A stretch of DNA of 64,000 nucleotides from Gemmatimonadales bacterium. Its GTDB lineage: Bacteria; Gemmatimonadota; Gemmatimonadetes; Gemmatimonadales; GWC2-71-9. Shown piece by piece: positions 37,195-47,159 of this stretch. The DNA is taken from contig DATBLG010000127.1 in assembly GCA_036555485.1 (NCBI GenBank), positions 11,152-75,151 on the forward strand, given 5' to 3'. Under the pieces are notes generated by a model that saw only the letters and a program-made list of their open reading frames with translations, had not been told where the DNA came from and ran no database searches. Numbering within the stretch: the first letter of the stretch is position 1; each line of letters opens with the position of its first letter. Position numbers and translations under genes: made by a program.

Positions 37195-38115
37195 ATGACT
37201 CTGCTCGTCGTGGGATCGATCGCACTCGATTCGGTGGCCACGCCGTTTGGCGAAACCGCCGACGCCCCCGGCGGCTCCGCGGTGTTCTTCGCGGCGGCGG
37301 GGTGCCTGCTGCACCCGGTACAGGTGGTCGGCGTCATTGGGGCGGACTATCCCCTGGGTGTGCTCAAGCAGCTGGAGTCACGCGGCGTCGATCTGGCGGG
37401 CGTCGAGCAAGTGGAGGGCGAGTCGTTCCGTTGGAAGGCGAAGTACTCCTACGACCTGTCCAGCCGCGAGACCCTGGACACCCGGCTGGGCGTGTTTGCT
37501 CACTTCCGGCCCAAGATTCCCGCGGCGTTCCAAAAGGCCCGGTACGTGTTCCTGGGCAACATCGATCCCGGGCTGCAGCTGGGAGTGTTGGACCAGGTGA
37601 CCGAGCCCACCCTGGTGGCGTGCGACACCATGAACTATTGGATCAACTCGAAGCGCGACCTCTTGCTCGAGTTGTTGCGCCATATCGATATCCTGATGGT
37701 GAACGACACTGAAGCCCGCGAGCTGTCGAGCGATTGGAACATCTATCGCGCCGCCCGCTGGATTCTGGCGAATGGGCCGAAACGCGTGGTGATCAAGCAG
37801 GGCGAGCACGGCGCGCTGCTGGTGGACGCCGACTCGACCTTCAAGGTCCCCGCCTACCCGCTGCAGGAGGTGTTTGACCCGACCGGCGCCGGGGACGCCT
37901 TCGCCGGCGGGTTCATGGCCTATCTCGCCCACTCCAATGACCTCTCCACCTCGGCGCTGCGGCGCGCCATGGTGTATGGCGCGGCACTGGGGTCGTTTGC
38001 GGTGGAAGCGTTCGGGATCCAGGGCTTCGACGCGGTGAAAGCGGCGGACGTGCGCGCCCGCGTACGGGCGTTCAAGGACTTGGTGCATTTCGACCTGGAC
38101 GAAAGAGACGCGTGA
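37195..38115 (+). CDS. PfkB-family carbohydrate/nucleoside kinase
   Basis: It has the ribokinase-family motifs GGSAVFFA and DPTGAGDAF. Confidence 0.8.
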   Translation: MTLLVVGSIALDSVATPFGETADAPGGSAVFFAAAGCLLHPVQVVGVIGADYPLGVLKQLESRGVDLAGVEQVEGESFRWKAKYSYDLSSRETLDTRLGVFAHFRPKIPAAFQKARYVFLGNIDPGLQLGVLDQVTEPTLVACDTMNYWINSKRDLLLELLRHIDILMVNDTEARELSSDWNIYRAARWILANGPKRVVIKQGEHGALLVDADSTFKVPAYPLQEVFDPTGAGDAFAGGFMAYLAHSNDLSTSALRRAMVYGAALGSFAVEAFGIQGFDAVKAADVRARVRAFKDLVHFDLDERDA

Positions 38116-39137
38116 GCGACCGCTACGCCGACGCCGGGGTGCACCTCGACGCCGCCACTGATGCCAAGCGCCGCATCGGCGTGCTGGTCGCGAAGACGCG
38201 CACCGCGCTCGCGCTCGGTCGTGTGGGCGGCTTCGGCGGCATGGTCCGGCTGCCGCCGGGATTCACGAAACCGGTCCTCGTGATGTCGACCGACGGCGTC
38301 GGGACCAAGGTGCTGGTCGCGGCGCGCGCCGGCGTACACGACAGCGTGGGTGAGGACCTCGTCAATCATTGCGTCAACGACATCCTGGTGCATGGGGCGC
38401 GTCCACTGGCGTTTCTCGACTATTACGCGAGCGGTGAGCTCGTCCCGGAGGTCGCCGCGGCGGTCGTGCAGGGCATCGCCCGCGGCTGCGCCGCACACGA
38501 GATGACCCTCGCGGGCGGCGAGACCGCCGAGCTGCCGGATCTCTACGCGGCCGGTCACTACGATCTCGCCGGGACCATCGTCGGCGTGGTAGAAGAGGAC
38601 GCGGCGTTGCACGGCGATCGGGTGCAACCGGGCGATGCGGTCGTCGGGTACGCGTCGAGCGGGTTGCACACCAATGGCTTTACCCTCGCCAGACGGATCG
38701 TGTTCGATCAGCTCAAACTCGACGTGCACGATCGATTCCCTGATTCGAACCGCAGCGTCGCCGAGGTGCTCCTCGCCGTGCATACGAGCTACGCGGCGGC
38801 CATCACCCCCGTGCTGCCCCGCCTGCACGCACTAGCGCACATCACCGGGGGCGGCATCGCCGGCAACCTGGTGCGCGTGCTGCCGCAGGGGTGCGAAGCA
38901 GTGGTGGACGCGGGCAGCTGGGCGTGGCCCCCCGTGTTCCGCGTCCTGAAAACCTCTGGGGACGTGTCCCTGGGCGAGATGCGGCGCGTGTTCAACCTCG
39001 GGATCGGGATCGTTGCCGTTACGGCGCGCGACGACGTCGACCCGGTGCGACGCGCGGCGGAGCTCGCCGGCGTACACACCTGGATCATCGGCGAGATCAA
39101 GCCCGGCGAGACCGGCGTACGATTCGCAGAGCGATGA
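38112..39137 (+). CDS. purM: Phosphoribosylformylglycinamidine cyclo-ligase (AIR synthetase)
   Basis: 341 aa with GGFGGM, STDGVGTK and DYYASG motifs. GTGA overlap with the upstream gene. Confidence 0.9.
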   Translation: MSDRYADAGVHLDAATDAKRRIGVLVAKTRTALALGRVGGFGGMVRLPPGFTKPVLVMSTDGVGTKVLVAARAGVHDSVGEDLVNHCVNDILVHGARPLAFLDYYASGELVPEVAAAVVQGIARGCAAHEMTLAGGETAELPDLYAAGHYDLAGTIVGVVEEDAALHGDRVQPGDAVVGYASSGLHTNGFTLARRIVFDQLKLDVHDRFPDSNRSVAEVLLAVHTSYAAAITPVLPRLHALAHITGGGIAGNLVRVLPQGCEAVVDAGSWAWPPVFRVLKTSGDVSLGEMRRVFNLGIGIVAVTARDDVDPVRRAAELAGVHTWIIGEIKPGETGVRFAER

Positions 39138-40105
39138 GACGATTCTCCCGTCTTTCGGTTGCGGCGCTTGGATGGGCTGGGGCGGCGGTGACCGTCCTGG
39201 CGGCGCAGGATCCGCGGTGCACCACCTTCGACGCCACGGCCACGCGGGCGTGCAATGCGGGGATCGACGCCGTTCGGGCGTTTCACCCCCTGGCTGGCCT
39301 GGTCGTGAGCGGTGGGACCCCGCTGCTCGGCGGTGCCGGATCGGTCGGTGGACTGGGCCATGTTGCGGTCGTGGCGCGGCTCAATGCCATCCGGGTCTCG
39401 CTCCCCAATCCCGACAGCGCCGGTCAGACGAGTGTCCCGTCGAGCTACGACGGCCTGGCACCCGCGCCCGTGCTGGAGGCGGGCTTCGGACTCTACCGCC
39501 GGAACGGCCCCAGTCGCGTTTCGGTCGACGGGCTTGGCTCGGCGCTGCTGTTACCTACGGGAGTCGTGTCGGGACTCGCCGCCGAGGGCGGCTTGCACGT
39601 CGGCAGCGTGGTGCTGGGGTTAGGGTACGGGCTCCGGGTGAGCGCGCTCCCGGGCAGCTTCCCGGTGCCGTCTGTCTCGGTGAGCCTGATGCGTCGCACC
39701 GTACCCCGCATTCGTTACGGGCGGCTGGCGCCGGTATGCTGCGGAGGGGACCTGTTCGAGTTCGACACCGACCTCCGTGCCACCAACGTGCGCGTGGTCG
39801 GCGGGTACCGCTTCGCTCGCCTGGACCTCGCGGCGGGCGTTGGCTTCGACCACTATGGGTCGAGCGCACGGATCAGGTTCCGCGACACGCCGCCCGCAAA
39901 CGGGGTACGTGTCATCACGCTGGACCTGGCGAACTCGCGGCAACTGGTATTTGTCGATGCCGGGGTCGGCGTGGCGCTCGTGAAGCTCGCGCTGGAGCTC
40001 GGGTACCAGACGGGCAAGGATCAGCACCTGTCCACGAATTTCACCGACTTCGATCCCGCCGAGGGCCACGTCTTTGGGAGCTTTGGTCTTCATTTCGCCT
40101 TCTGA
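39134..40105 (+). CDS. Hypothetical outer-membrane beta-barrel protein
   Basis: ATGA overlap with purM. It has a signal peptide (AAVTVLAAQD) and a C-terminal GLHFAF with a terminal Phe, typical of OMPs. I trimmed the track ORF (38891..). Confidence 0.6.
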   Translation: MRRFSRLSVAALGWAGAAVTVLAAQDPRCTTFDATATRACNAGIDAVRAFHPLAGLVVSGGTPLLGGAGSVGGLGHVAVVARLNAIRVSLPNPDSAGQTSVPSSYDGLAPAPVLEAGFGLYRRNGPSRVSVDGLGSALLLPTGVVSGLAAEGGLHVGSVVLGLGYGLRVSALPGSFPVPSVSVSLMRRTVPRIRYGRLAPVCCGGDLFEFDTDLRATNVRVVGGYRFARLDLAAGVGFDHYGSSARIRFRDTPPANGVRVITLDLANSRQLVFVDAGVGVALVKLALELGYQTGKDQHLSTNFTDFDPAEGHVFGSFGLHFAF

Positions 40106-40142
40106 CGCGCTGCTCGAGCGCTCGACGTAGGAGGCCGCGGAC

Positions 40143-41285
40143 ATGGTAACGCCGACTGCGCCGACCGTGACCATCGCCCCGACGCCGGACGGGCCGCTCG
40201 AGCGGTCCGCGATGCAACGCGCGCTCGACCTGGCCCGTCGTGGCTGGGGACGCGTGGCGCCGAACCCGCTCGTCGGCGCGGTGGTCGTGCAGGACCGGTT
40301 GGTGGTGGGGGATGGTTGGCATGCCGGATTCGGCGAGCCGCATGCCGAAGTGATGGCGTTGCGTGCCGCCGGCACGCGCGCTCGGGGGGCCACCCTCGTC
40401 GTGACGCTCGAGCCGTGCGCACACCAAGGGAAGACGCCACCCTGTATCGAGGCAATCCGCGACGCGGGCGTAGGTCGCGTCGTCATGGCGATTCGCGATC
40501 CGGATCCGAATGCGCGGGGCGGGCTCGAAGCGCTCCGCGCTGCGGGGATCAATGTGGAGTCGGGCCTCCTCGCCGAAGCGGCCGCCGCGCAGAACGCCTC
40601 CTTCCTGTTTGTGCGCGAGCAACCCTCGCGGCCCTTCGTCGCGCTCAAGCTTGCGACCTCCATCGACGGTCGGATCGCCGATTCCGGGGGCCGCTCGCAA
40701 TGGATTTCGGGACCGGCCGCGCAAACCTGGGCGCATTGGCTGCGTGCCGGATTCGACGCCATCGCGGTCGGCGGCACGACCGCGTCCCGCGATGACCCGC
40801 AGCTCACGGTGCGCGGCGGCGTGGTGCCGCGCCGGCCTCCGGTGCGCGTGGTGTTCGACCGTCGCGCGATGCTTCCCCTGGCCTCGAAGCTGGCCCAGAC
40901 GGCGCGCGACACCGCGACATGGGTGGTGGCATCCGAGGAGGCGCCGGCCGCTAATGTGGCGGCGCTCGAGAAAGTTGGCGTCCGCGTGTTCCGTCCCCGC
41001 TCGCTCGCCGAAGGCCTGGTCCAGCTGCGCGCCGTGGGTGTGGAATCGGTGCTGTGCGAGGGCGGCGGCGCGTTGGGCGTCGGGCTGCTCGCCGACGGGC
41101 TGGTCGATCGTCTCTACTGGCTGCAGGGGCCGGTGTGGCTGGGTGCGGGTGGTGTGCCCGCCTTTCCGGGCGTGGCCGACGCGGCCCTCGCCCAGGCGCC
41201 GCGTTGGATTCCCGTGGAGCGCCGCCCGTTGGGGCCCGATACATTACTGGTCTTGGACCGGCGACTATGTTTACCGGCATCGTGA
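40143..41285 (+). CDS. ribD: Bifunctional riboflavin biosynthesis protein RibD (deaminase/reductase)
   Basis: It has the deaminase zinc motifs HAEVMA and EPCAHQGKTPPC plus a reductase half. AGGAGG lies 8 nt upstream. Confidence 0.9.
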   Translation: MVTPTAPTVTIAPTPDGPLERSAMQRALDLARRGWGRVAPNPLVGAVVVQDRLVVGDGWHAGFGEPHAEVMALRAAGTRARGATLVVTLEPCAHQGKTPPCIEAIRDAGVGRVVMAIRDPDPNARGGLEALRAAGINVESGLLAEAAAAQNASFLFVREQPSRPFVALKLATSIDGRIADSGGRSQWISGPAAQTWAHWLRAGFDAIAVGGTTASRDDPQLTVRGGVVPRRPPVRVVFDRRAMLPLASKLAQTARDTATWVVASEEAPAANVAALEKVGVRVFRPRSLAEGLVQLRAVGVESVLCEGGGALGVGLLADGLVDRLYWLQGPVWLGAGGVPAFPGVADAALAQAPRWIPVERRPLGPDTLLVLDRRLCLPAS

Positions 41286-41854
41286 CGGCGGTGGGGCGCG
41301 TGGCCAAGGCGACGCGCAACGGGACGGCGGTGTTCGAGATCCGCGCGCCGTACCGGAACCTGCGCCGCGGCGAGAGCATCGCCATCAACGGAGCGTGCCT
41401 CACCGTCGAAAAGGTGGTGCGTGGCGGGTTCACGGTGCGCGCCGTCGAGACGACGCTGGACCGGACGCTGTTCGCGGAGTACGGGGCGGGTCGGCGCGTC
41501 AATCTCGAGCGCGCCGTGCGTGCCGCCGATCGTCTCGGTGGCCACCTGGTGCAGGGGCATGTGGATGGCGTCGCCACGGTCGACCACGTATCCCCGCGTG
41601 GGGAGACGATCATGGTCGGACTCCGGGTGCCGGACGTGGTCCGGGCCGTGTGCATCCCGCTGGGCTCGATCACCGTGGACGGGGTGAGTCTGACGGTCGA
41701 TGCGCTGCCCGGTCCGTGGCTGGTACAGGTATCGCTGATCCCGTTCACCCGGGAGCACACGACGCTTGGCGGACTGCAGCCGGGCGACCGGGTGCACGTT
41801 GAAGGAGACTTGATCGGAAAATACGTGAGGCAGCTATGCCGTTCGGACACATAG
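41267..41854 (+). CDS. ribE: Riboflavin synthase alpha chain
   Basis: It has the MFTGIV start and a duplicated lumazine-binding repeat (INGACLTV / VDGVSLTV). I trimmed the track ORF (41054..). Confidence 0.9.
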   Translation: MFTGIVTAVGRVAKATRNGTAVFEIRAPYRNLRRGESIAINGACLTVEKVVRGGFTVRAVETTLDRTLFAEYGAGRRVNLERAVRAADRLGGHLVQGHVDGVATVDHVSPRGETIMVGLRVPDVVRAVCIPLGSITVDGVSLTVDALPGPWLVQVSLIPFTREHTTLGGLQPGDRVHVEGDLIGKYVRQLCRSDT

Positions 41855-43041
41855 AGCAGGCGATCGCGGATATCCGCGCGGGCAAGCTCGTCATCGTCGC
41901 CGATGACGAGGGCCGAGAGAACGAGGGCGACCTGGTCGGAGCGGCCGAGCGGGTGACGCCCGAGATGATCAATTTCATGGCGACGCATGGGCGCGGACTC
42001 ATCTGTGTCCCGATTCTCCCCGAGCGTTGCCTGGCCCTCGGGCTGCAGCAGATGTCGGAACACAACACCGAGGCGCACGAAACCGCCTTCACCGTGAGCA
42101 TCGACGCCGCGGCGCGCTTCGGTGTGACCACCGGGATCTCGGCGGCGGATCGCGCGGCCACGATTCGCGTGGCCATCGATCCTGCTACGGTGCCCGCCGA
42201 CTTGCGTCGGCCCGGCCACGTGTTCCCGTTGCGCGCACGTCCCGGCGGCGTGTTGCAGCGGGTCGGCCAAACCGAAGCGAGCATCGACCTGGCCCGGCTC
42301 GCCGGGCTGTATCCCGCGGGCATCGTCTGCGAAGTATTGAACGCCGATGGGACGATGGCGCGTCGGCTCCAGCTCGAGCGGTTCGCGCGCGAGCACGACC
42401 TCACGTTCATCACTGTCGCGCAGCTCGTCGCCTACCGGCTCGCCAACGAGCGACTGGTGCACCCGGTCGCCGCGGCGCGACTCCCGACGCCAGTTGGCGA
42501 ATTCCGGATCGTGGGCTACAAGAATGACGTGGATGCGGCCGAGCATGTGGCGCTGGTGTACGGCGACGTCAAAGACCGATCGGGCGTCCTGGTGCGGATG
42601 CACTCGAAGTGCCTCACCGGCGACGTCTTCGGCTCGGGGCGGTGCGACTGCGGCTGGCAGCTCGAGAGCGCGATGCAGATGATCGCTGCCGCCGGGTGCG
42701 GTGTGGTCGTCTATCTCGACCAGGAGGGGCGGGGCATCGGCCTGCTCAACAAACTGAAGGCGTATGAGTTGCAAGACGCCGGACACGACACCGTCACCGC
42801 TAACGCGCAGCTCGGCTTCAAGCCTGATCTGCGCAACTACGGAATCGGCGCGCAGATCCTGCTGGATCTCGGTCTCTCGTCGATCCGGGTGCTCACCAAC
42901 AATCCAATGAAGCTCGTGGGGCTCGAGGGCTACGGGCTGGAGATCGTGGAGCGCGTGCCGATCGTGCCGCCACCCTCCTCCGAGAACCGCGCCTATCTCG
43001 ACGTCAAGCGCGACAAGCTCGGTCACCTGCTCACCCACTAG
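41836..43041 (+). CDS. ribBA: Bifunctional DHBP synthase / GTP cyclohydrolase II
   Basis: It has DDEGRENEGDL (RibB half) and CDCGWQ plus YLDQEGRGIGL (RibA half). Confidence 0.9.
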   Translation: MPFGHIEQAIADIRAGKLVIVADDEGRENEGDLVGAAERVTPEMINFMATHGRGLICVPILPERCLALGLQQMSEHNTEAHETAFTVSIDAAARFGVTTGISAADRAATIRVAIDPATVPADLRRPGHVFPLRARPGGVLQRVGQTEASIDLARLAGLYPAGIVCEVLNADGTMARRLQLERFAREHDLTFITVAQLVAYRLANERLVHPVAAARLPTPVGEFRIVGYKNDVDAAEHVALVYGDVKDRSGVLVRMHSKCLTGDVFGSGRCDCGWQLESAMQMIAAAGCGVVVYLDQEGRGIGLLNKLKAYELQDAGHDTVTANAQLGFKPDLRNYGIGAQILLDLGLSSIRVLTNNPMKLVGLEGYGLEIVERVPIVPPPSSENRAYLDVKRDKLGHLLTH

Positions 43042-43044
43042 CCC

Positions 43045-43512
43045 GTGGCGGAGCGCTCCACGCCTCCGCGCGTGGCTGTCATCGTCAGCCGCTACAACGA
43101 GCTGATCACTCGCCGCCTGCTGGACGGCGCGCGCGATGCGTTGCGCGAAGGCGGGGTGCCAGAAACCCACACCGACGTGATCTGGGTGCCGGGCGCCTTT
43201 GAGCTACCGGTGGCGGCCGAAGCGGCCGCCGCCTCGGGTCGCTACGGAGCCATTGTCGCGCTGGGGTGTGTGATACGCGGTGAAACCGCGCACTTCGAGT
43301 TCGTCGCGGGCGAGGCGACCCGCGGTCTCGGGAACGTGGGGTTGGCGCACCGGATCGCCGTCGGCTTCGGCGTCCTGACGACCGACAACCAGATTCAGGC
43401 ACAGGCCCGGGCCGGTGGGGCCGCTGGCAACAAGGGGTACGAGGCGGCTGCGGCGGCGCTCCAGACGGCCGACGTCCTGCAGCGGTTGCGCCGTGGAACG
43501 TCCCGAGACTAA
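43045..43512 (+). CDS. ribH: 6,7-dimethyl-8-ribityllumazine synthase
   Basis: 155 aa with the patterns VPGAFELP and GCVIRGETAHFE. Confidence 0.9.
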   Translation: MAERSTPPRVAVIVSRYNELITRRLLDGARDALREGGVPETHTDVIWVPGAFELPVAAEAAAASGRYGAIVALGCVIRGETAHFEFVAGEATRGLGNVGLAHRIAVGFGVLTTDNQIQAQARAGGAAGNKGYEAAAAALQTADVLQRLRRGTSRD

Positions 43513-43906
43513 GGCGCGCGCGCGGGCGCTCCAGCTGCTGTATGCCTGGGACCTGTCAGGCCATCCGTCCATCGATACGGTCGTCACGCGGCTCTCCCGC
43601 ACCTATGGCGGCATTCCCGTGGGCTATGATCGCGGGGCGGAGCTGGCTGCGCGCGCGACTGCGGGCCAGCGGGAGTACGATGCGCGGCTCACCCGGGCTG
43701 CTGAACACTGGCGCTTGGAGCGCATTGGGGTCATCGAACGCAACATTTTGCGTTTGGCGATGGCCGAGCTGGATGAGGGAACGACGCCGCCGCGCGTCGT
43801 GATCGACGAGGCGGTCAAACTTGCGCACTGGTTCGCCGGCGCCAAGTCGCCGGCGTTCGTGAACGGCGTGCTCGATTCCCTGGCGCGGGAGCTGGGCCGG
43901 TTGTGA
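43493..43906 (+). CDS. nusB: Transcription antitermination factor NusB
   Basis: It has ARALQLLYAWD, ERNILRLAMAEL and FVNGVLD motifs. In-frame GTG at 43493 overlaps the ribH end by 20 nt. The start is approximate. Confidence 0.82.
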   Translation: MERPETKARARALQLLYAWDLSGHPSIDTVVTRLSRTYGGIPVGYDRGAELAARATAGQREYDARLTRAAEHWRLERIGVIERNILRLAMAELDEGTTPPRVVIDEAVKLAHWFAGAKSPAFVNGVLDSLARELGRL

Positions 43907-45018
43907 GGATCCTGCTGGTCAATTGGAATGACCGCGCCAACCCGCAGGCGGGCGGCGCGGAGACTCACCTGCACGCGATTTTCGGCCGGCTGGCAGGCAC
44001 GGGACATGCCGTGGACTTGGTGGCGAGCGGTTGGCCCGGCGCGTCGCCAACAGCGGAGCTTGACGGCATCCGGGTTCGACGCGTGGGTGGACGCCACAGC
44101 TTCGCCTGGCGCGCGCGCCGGGTGGTACGGAGGACGCTCGAGGCCGGCCAGTACGATATCGTCGTCGAGGACGTCAACAAGTTGCCGCTGTTTCTGCCGT
44201 GGCTGACGACGCTGCCGTTGTGCGCCATCGTGCCGCATCTGTTCGGAACCACGGCGTTCGCCGAGGCGAGCTGGCCGGTCGCCGCGCTGGTGTGGGCGGC
44301 GGAACGCCCGATCCCGCGGGTGTACGCCCGCGCGGGGTTCCACGCCATCAGCCAGAGCACACGCGATGATCTGGTGGCGCGCGGCGTGGATCCGGCGCGG
44401 ATCGAGGTCATTTATCCGGGGATCGACGCGACCTGGTATTGCCCCGACCCCGGGACGCCGCGTGCCACACGGCCCACGTTCCTGTACGTTGGCCGCCTGA
44501 AGCGTTATAAAGGAGTGGATATCGCGTTGCGGGCGCTGGCGTTGGCCCGCGCGCGCCGCCCCGATGTGGAGCTCGAGATCGCCGGCGCGGGCGACGACCT
44601 TCCGCGGCTGGTGGCCCACGCCCGCACGCTCGGTCTCGGCGACGCGGTCCGTTTTCTGGGGTTCGTCTCCGAGGAAGACAAACGGCGGCTGTTGCGCGCG
44701 ACCTGGGCGGTCGTGTTTCCGAGTCCCAAGGAAGGTTGGGGGATCTCGAACGTCGAGGCCGCCGCCTGCGGCACGCCGGCGCTCGCGTCCGACAGTCCTG
44801 GTTTGCGGGAGACGGTCCGGCACGGCGAAACCGGGTACCTCGTTCCGCACGGCGACGCGCAAGCGATGGCGGAGCGGATGGTCGAGCTCGCCGCGAATCC
44901 AGGGCTGGTGACGCGACTCGGTAGCGAGGCCAGGCGCTTCGTCGTCCCACTGTCCTGGGATCGCACGGCGCAGGCCACGGCGGAGCACCTCGAGCGGCTC
45001 ATCGCGCAAGGGAGGTAG
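43903..45018 (+). CDS. Glycosyltransferase family 4 (GT-B, group 1)
   Basis: It has an N-terminal GGAE motif and a C-terminal EGWGISNVEAAACGTP ... ETG..V signature (E-x7-E). Confidence 0.8.
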   Translation: MRILLVNWNDRANPQAGGAETHLHAIFGRLAGTGHAVDLVASGWPGASPTAELDGIRVRRVGGRHSFAWRARRVVRRTLEAGQYDIVVEDVNKLPLFLPWLTTLPLCAIVPHLFGTTAFAEASWPVAALVWAAERPIPRVYARAGFHAISQSTRDDLVARGVDPARIEVIYPGIDATWYCPDPGTPRATRPTFLYVGRLKRYKGVDIALRALALARARRPDVELEIAGAGDDLPRLVAHARTLGLGDAVRFLGFVSEEDKRRLLRATWAVVFPSPKEGWGISNVEAAACGTPALASDSPGLRETVRHGETGYLVPHGDAQAMAERMVELAANPGLVTRLGSEARRFVVPLSWDRTAQATAEHLERLIAQGR

Positions 45019-45021
45019 GGC

Positions 45022-45345
45022 ATGCGAATCACCGTCACCGCGCGGCACTGCGACGTATCGAGCGACCTGCGCGAGCGGGCCCGCGCACTCGTGCACCGGC
45101 TGGCCAGGGTTGCCAGCCGTCCGCACGACGGCCAGGTGATCTTCGCGGACGATCACGGCGTGGCGACGGTGGAATTGCGATTGCATACCGCCCGTGGCGT
45201 CGTGGTGGTGGGGCGGGCCGAAGCCACCGACCACCGCTCCGCGCTCGACCGAGCAGCCGCGCGGGTGCGCCGCCAGCTCGACAAGTCGCCCACCAAGCGC
45301 AGCGGGCCGGCGCGACGCCGCTCGGCAGCGCGCGGGGTCGAGTGA
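45022..45345 (+). CDS. hpf: Ribosome hibernation promoting factor (short HPF/RaiA type)
   Basis: 107 aa with the pattern MRITVTARH...S..L and an S30AE-family fold. GGAGG lies 6 nt upstream. Confidence 0.8.
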   Translation: MRITVTARHCDVSSDLRERARALVHRLARVASRPHDGQVIFADDHGVATVELRLHTARGVVVVGRAEATDHRSALDRAAARVRRQLDKSPTKRSGPARRRSAARGVE

Positions 45346-46313
45346 GCGAGAAACCGCGCATTCGCGATCTCCTGGCTCGCAAGGGGGCGCCGCTGCAGCT
45401 CGAGGCGCTCACCGGCGACACGGGGCTCGATCGCGTCATTCCCTCGCCGGAGGCGTCGAGTCCGGGGCTCGTGCTCGCCGGCTACACCGCCCGCTTCGTC
45501 GGTGACCGCCTGCACATCCTCGGTGAAACGGAGATCAGCTACCTGGCCTCGCTCCCGGGTGACGGGCGACGGCGCGCGCTCGAGCAGTTCTTCGGGTTCG
45601 ATTTGCCCTGCGTCATCATCACCAAGGCGCAAGCGGTACCGACGGAGCTGCTCGAGCTGGCGCAGGCGAAAGGGGTGCCGGTGATCCGCACCTCACTCAA
45701 GACGGCCGAGTTCTACCGCCGGCTCAAGCCGTTTCTGGACGACGCGTTCGCCCCGAACACCACGTTGCATGGCTCCCTTGCCGACGTGTACGGCGTGGGG
45801 CTCCTGTTTTTGGGTCGCTCCGGGATTGGCAAGAGCGAATGCGTGCTCGACCTGGTGGAGCGCGGGCACCGGTTGGTTGCGGACGACCTGGTGCAGGTCA
45901 CGCGGCGCGGCGTGGACATCTTGATCGGTCGCGGGCACGAGCTGGCGCAGCACCACATGGAGATCCGGGGCATTGGTTTGATCGACATCAAGGCGCTGTT
46001 CGGGATCCGGGCGGCGCGCCAACAGAAGCGTATCGAGGTGGTCGTGCAGCTCGAGGACTGGGATGCCAACCGTGAGTACGACCGGACCGGGCTCCGCATT
46101 CAAGAGACGCGGATCCTCGACATTTCGATTCCGCTCGTGACCGTGCCGCTGAATCCCGGCAAGAACCTCACGGTCATTTGCGAGGTCGTCGCGATGACGC
46201 ACCTGCTGCGCTACAGCGGGGTGGACTCGGCGCGCAATCTCAACGAGCGACTCATCGAGCGCATGCGGGAACGCGCCGAGGTTCGCGAGTACCTCGAAGA
46301 GGACTATGAGTGA
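45342..46313 (+). CDS. hprK: HPr kinase/phosphorylase
   Basis: It has Walker A GRSGIGKSE plus the LVADD and EIRGIGLIDI signature. Confidence 0.9.
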   Translation: MSEKPRIRDLLARKGAPLQLEALTGDTGLDRVIPSPEASSPGLVLAGYTARFVGDRLHILGETEISYLASLPGDGRRRALEQFFGFDLPCVIITKAQAVPTELLELAQAKGVPVIRTSLKTAEFYRRLKPFLDDAFAPNTTLHGSLADVYGVGLLFLGRSGIGKSECVLDLVERGHRLVADDLVQVTRRGVDILIGRGHELAQHHMEIRGIGLIDIKALFGIRAARQQKRIEVVVQLEDWDANREYDRTGLRIQETRILDISIPLVTVPLNPGKNLTVICEVVAMTHLLRYSGVDSARNLNERLIERMRERAEVREYLEEDYE

Positions 46314-46692
46314 TCTGTTGCGTGGCGTGGTCGTCTCCCACGCCGACCTGGCCGATGCCCTGATTGCGGCGGTTCACTCGATCAGTGGGGTGGACGGCGC
46401 ATTGCAGGCGGTGAGCAATGAGGGGTGCGATCCAGCCGCCCTCGCCGCTCGGATCGAGAAGGCCATCGGCACCGGACCGGCCATGTTGTTCGTGGACCTG
46501 CCCGGTGGATCGTGCCTCACCAGCGCGATCCGGTTCGCTCGCGGACGAACCAATCTTGCCGTCGTGACCGGCGTCAACCTTGCGATGTTGCTCGATTTCG
46601 TATTCCACCGGGATTCGTCGCTCGCGGACGCTGCGCGGCGTGCCGTCGAAGCGGGCGCCAAGGCGATCCGCAGCCCTGCCTCCGCTGCATGA
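46306..46692 (+). CDS. PTS EIIA component, mannose family
   Basis: 128 aa with an N-terminal VVVSHADLA (phospho-His region) and DLPGGS. Confidence 0.8.
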   Translation: MSDLLRGVVVSHADLADALIAAVHSISGVDGALQAVSNEGCDPAALAARIEKAIGTGPAMLFVDLPGGSCLTSAIRFARGRTNLAVVTGVNLAMLLDFVFHRDSSLADAARRAVEAGAKAIRSPASAA

Positions 46693-47159
46693 GCCTCGCA
46701 CTGGTACGTCTCGACGATCGGCTGATTCATGGCCAGGTGGTGGTGGGCTGGGGACAGCCGCTCAACGTCCAGTTCATCATTCTCGTGGACGACGAAGTGC
46801 GCGACAGCGCCTGGGAGCAGGACCTGTATCGGATGGGAGTCCCATCGAGCATCGAGGTCGTGTTCGCGTCGATCGAAGAGGCCCGACGGCGCATCCCCGA
46901 CTGGGAAACGGATCCACGGGTGGGGATCCTGCTGGCCGGCGATATCGACACGATGATGGCACTCGTCGCCGGCGGCGCCGTGCCACGCGTGAACATCGGC
47001 GGGATCCATCACCGCGCCGGTCGCAGCGAACGGCTGCGCTATGTCTACCTCACCGACGAGGAAGCGGCCAAGCTCCGCCGGCTCGCCTCCGACGGGATCG
47101 TGGTCACCGCCCAGGACGTACCAACGGCCCGCGCGGTGCCGATCGGAGAGTTCCTGTGA
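46689..47159 (+). CDS. PTS EIIB component, mannose/sorbose family
   Basis: It has the phospho-His motif LVRLDDRLIHGQV. ATGA overlap with the upstream gene. I trimmed the track ORF (46425..). Confidence 0.82.
   Translation: MSLALVRLDDRLIHGQVVVGWGQPLNVQFIILVDDEVRDSAWEQDLYRMGVPSSIEVVFASIEEARRRIPDWETDPRVGILLAGDIDTMMALVAGGAVPRVNIGGIHHRAGRSERLRYVYLTDEEAAKLRRLASDGIVVTAQDVPTARAVPIGEFL

Noticed and set aside
40106-40142. FMN (RFN) riboswitch upstream of ribD and SAM riboswitch upstream of metK (50696-50711).
   Set aside because: The gaps are only 37 and 16 nt, and no conserved RFN or S-box core sequence is visible. Both genes appear to be read through from upstream genes.
40951-43170. Very long antisense ORFs in the track. 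Examples are 739 aa at 40951..43170 (-), 693 aa at 48257..50338 (-), 506 aa at 24913..26433 (-), 476 aa at 19892..21322 (-), 536 aa at 43624..45234 (-) and 474 aa at 2721..4145 (-).
   Set aside because: They lie opposite genes with unambiguous conserved motifs. Some span several gene boundaries on the other strand. Their translations are Arg/Pro/Gly/Ala-rich low-complexity sequence. This is the expected by-product of stop-codon depletion in GC-rich DNA, not overprinted genes.
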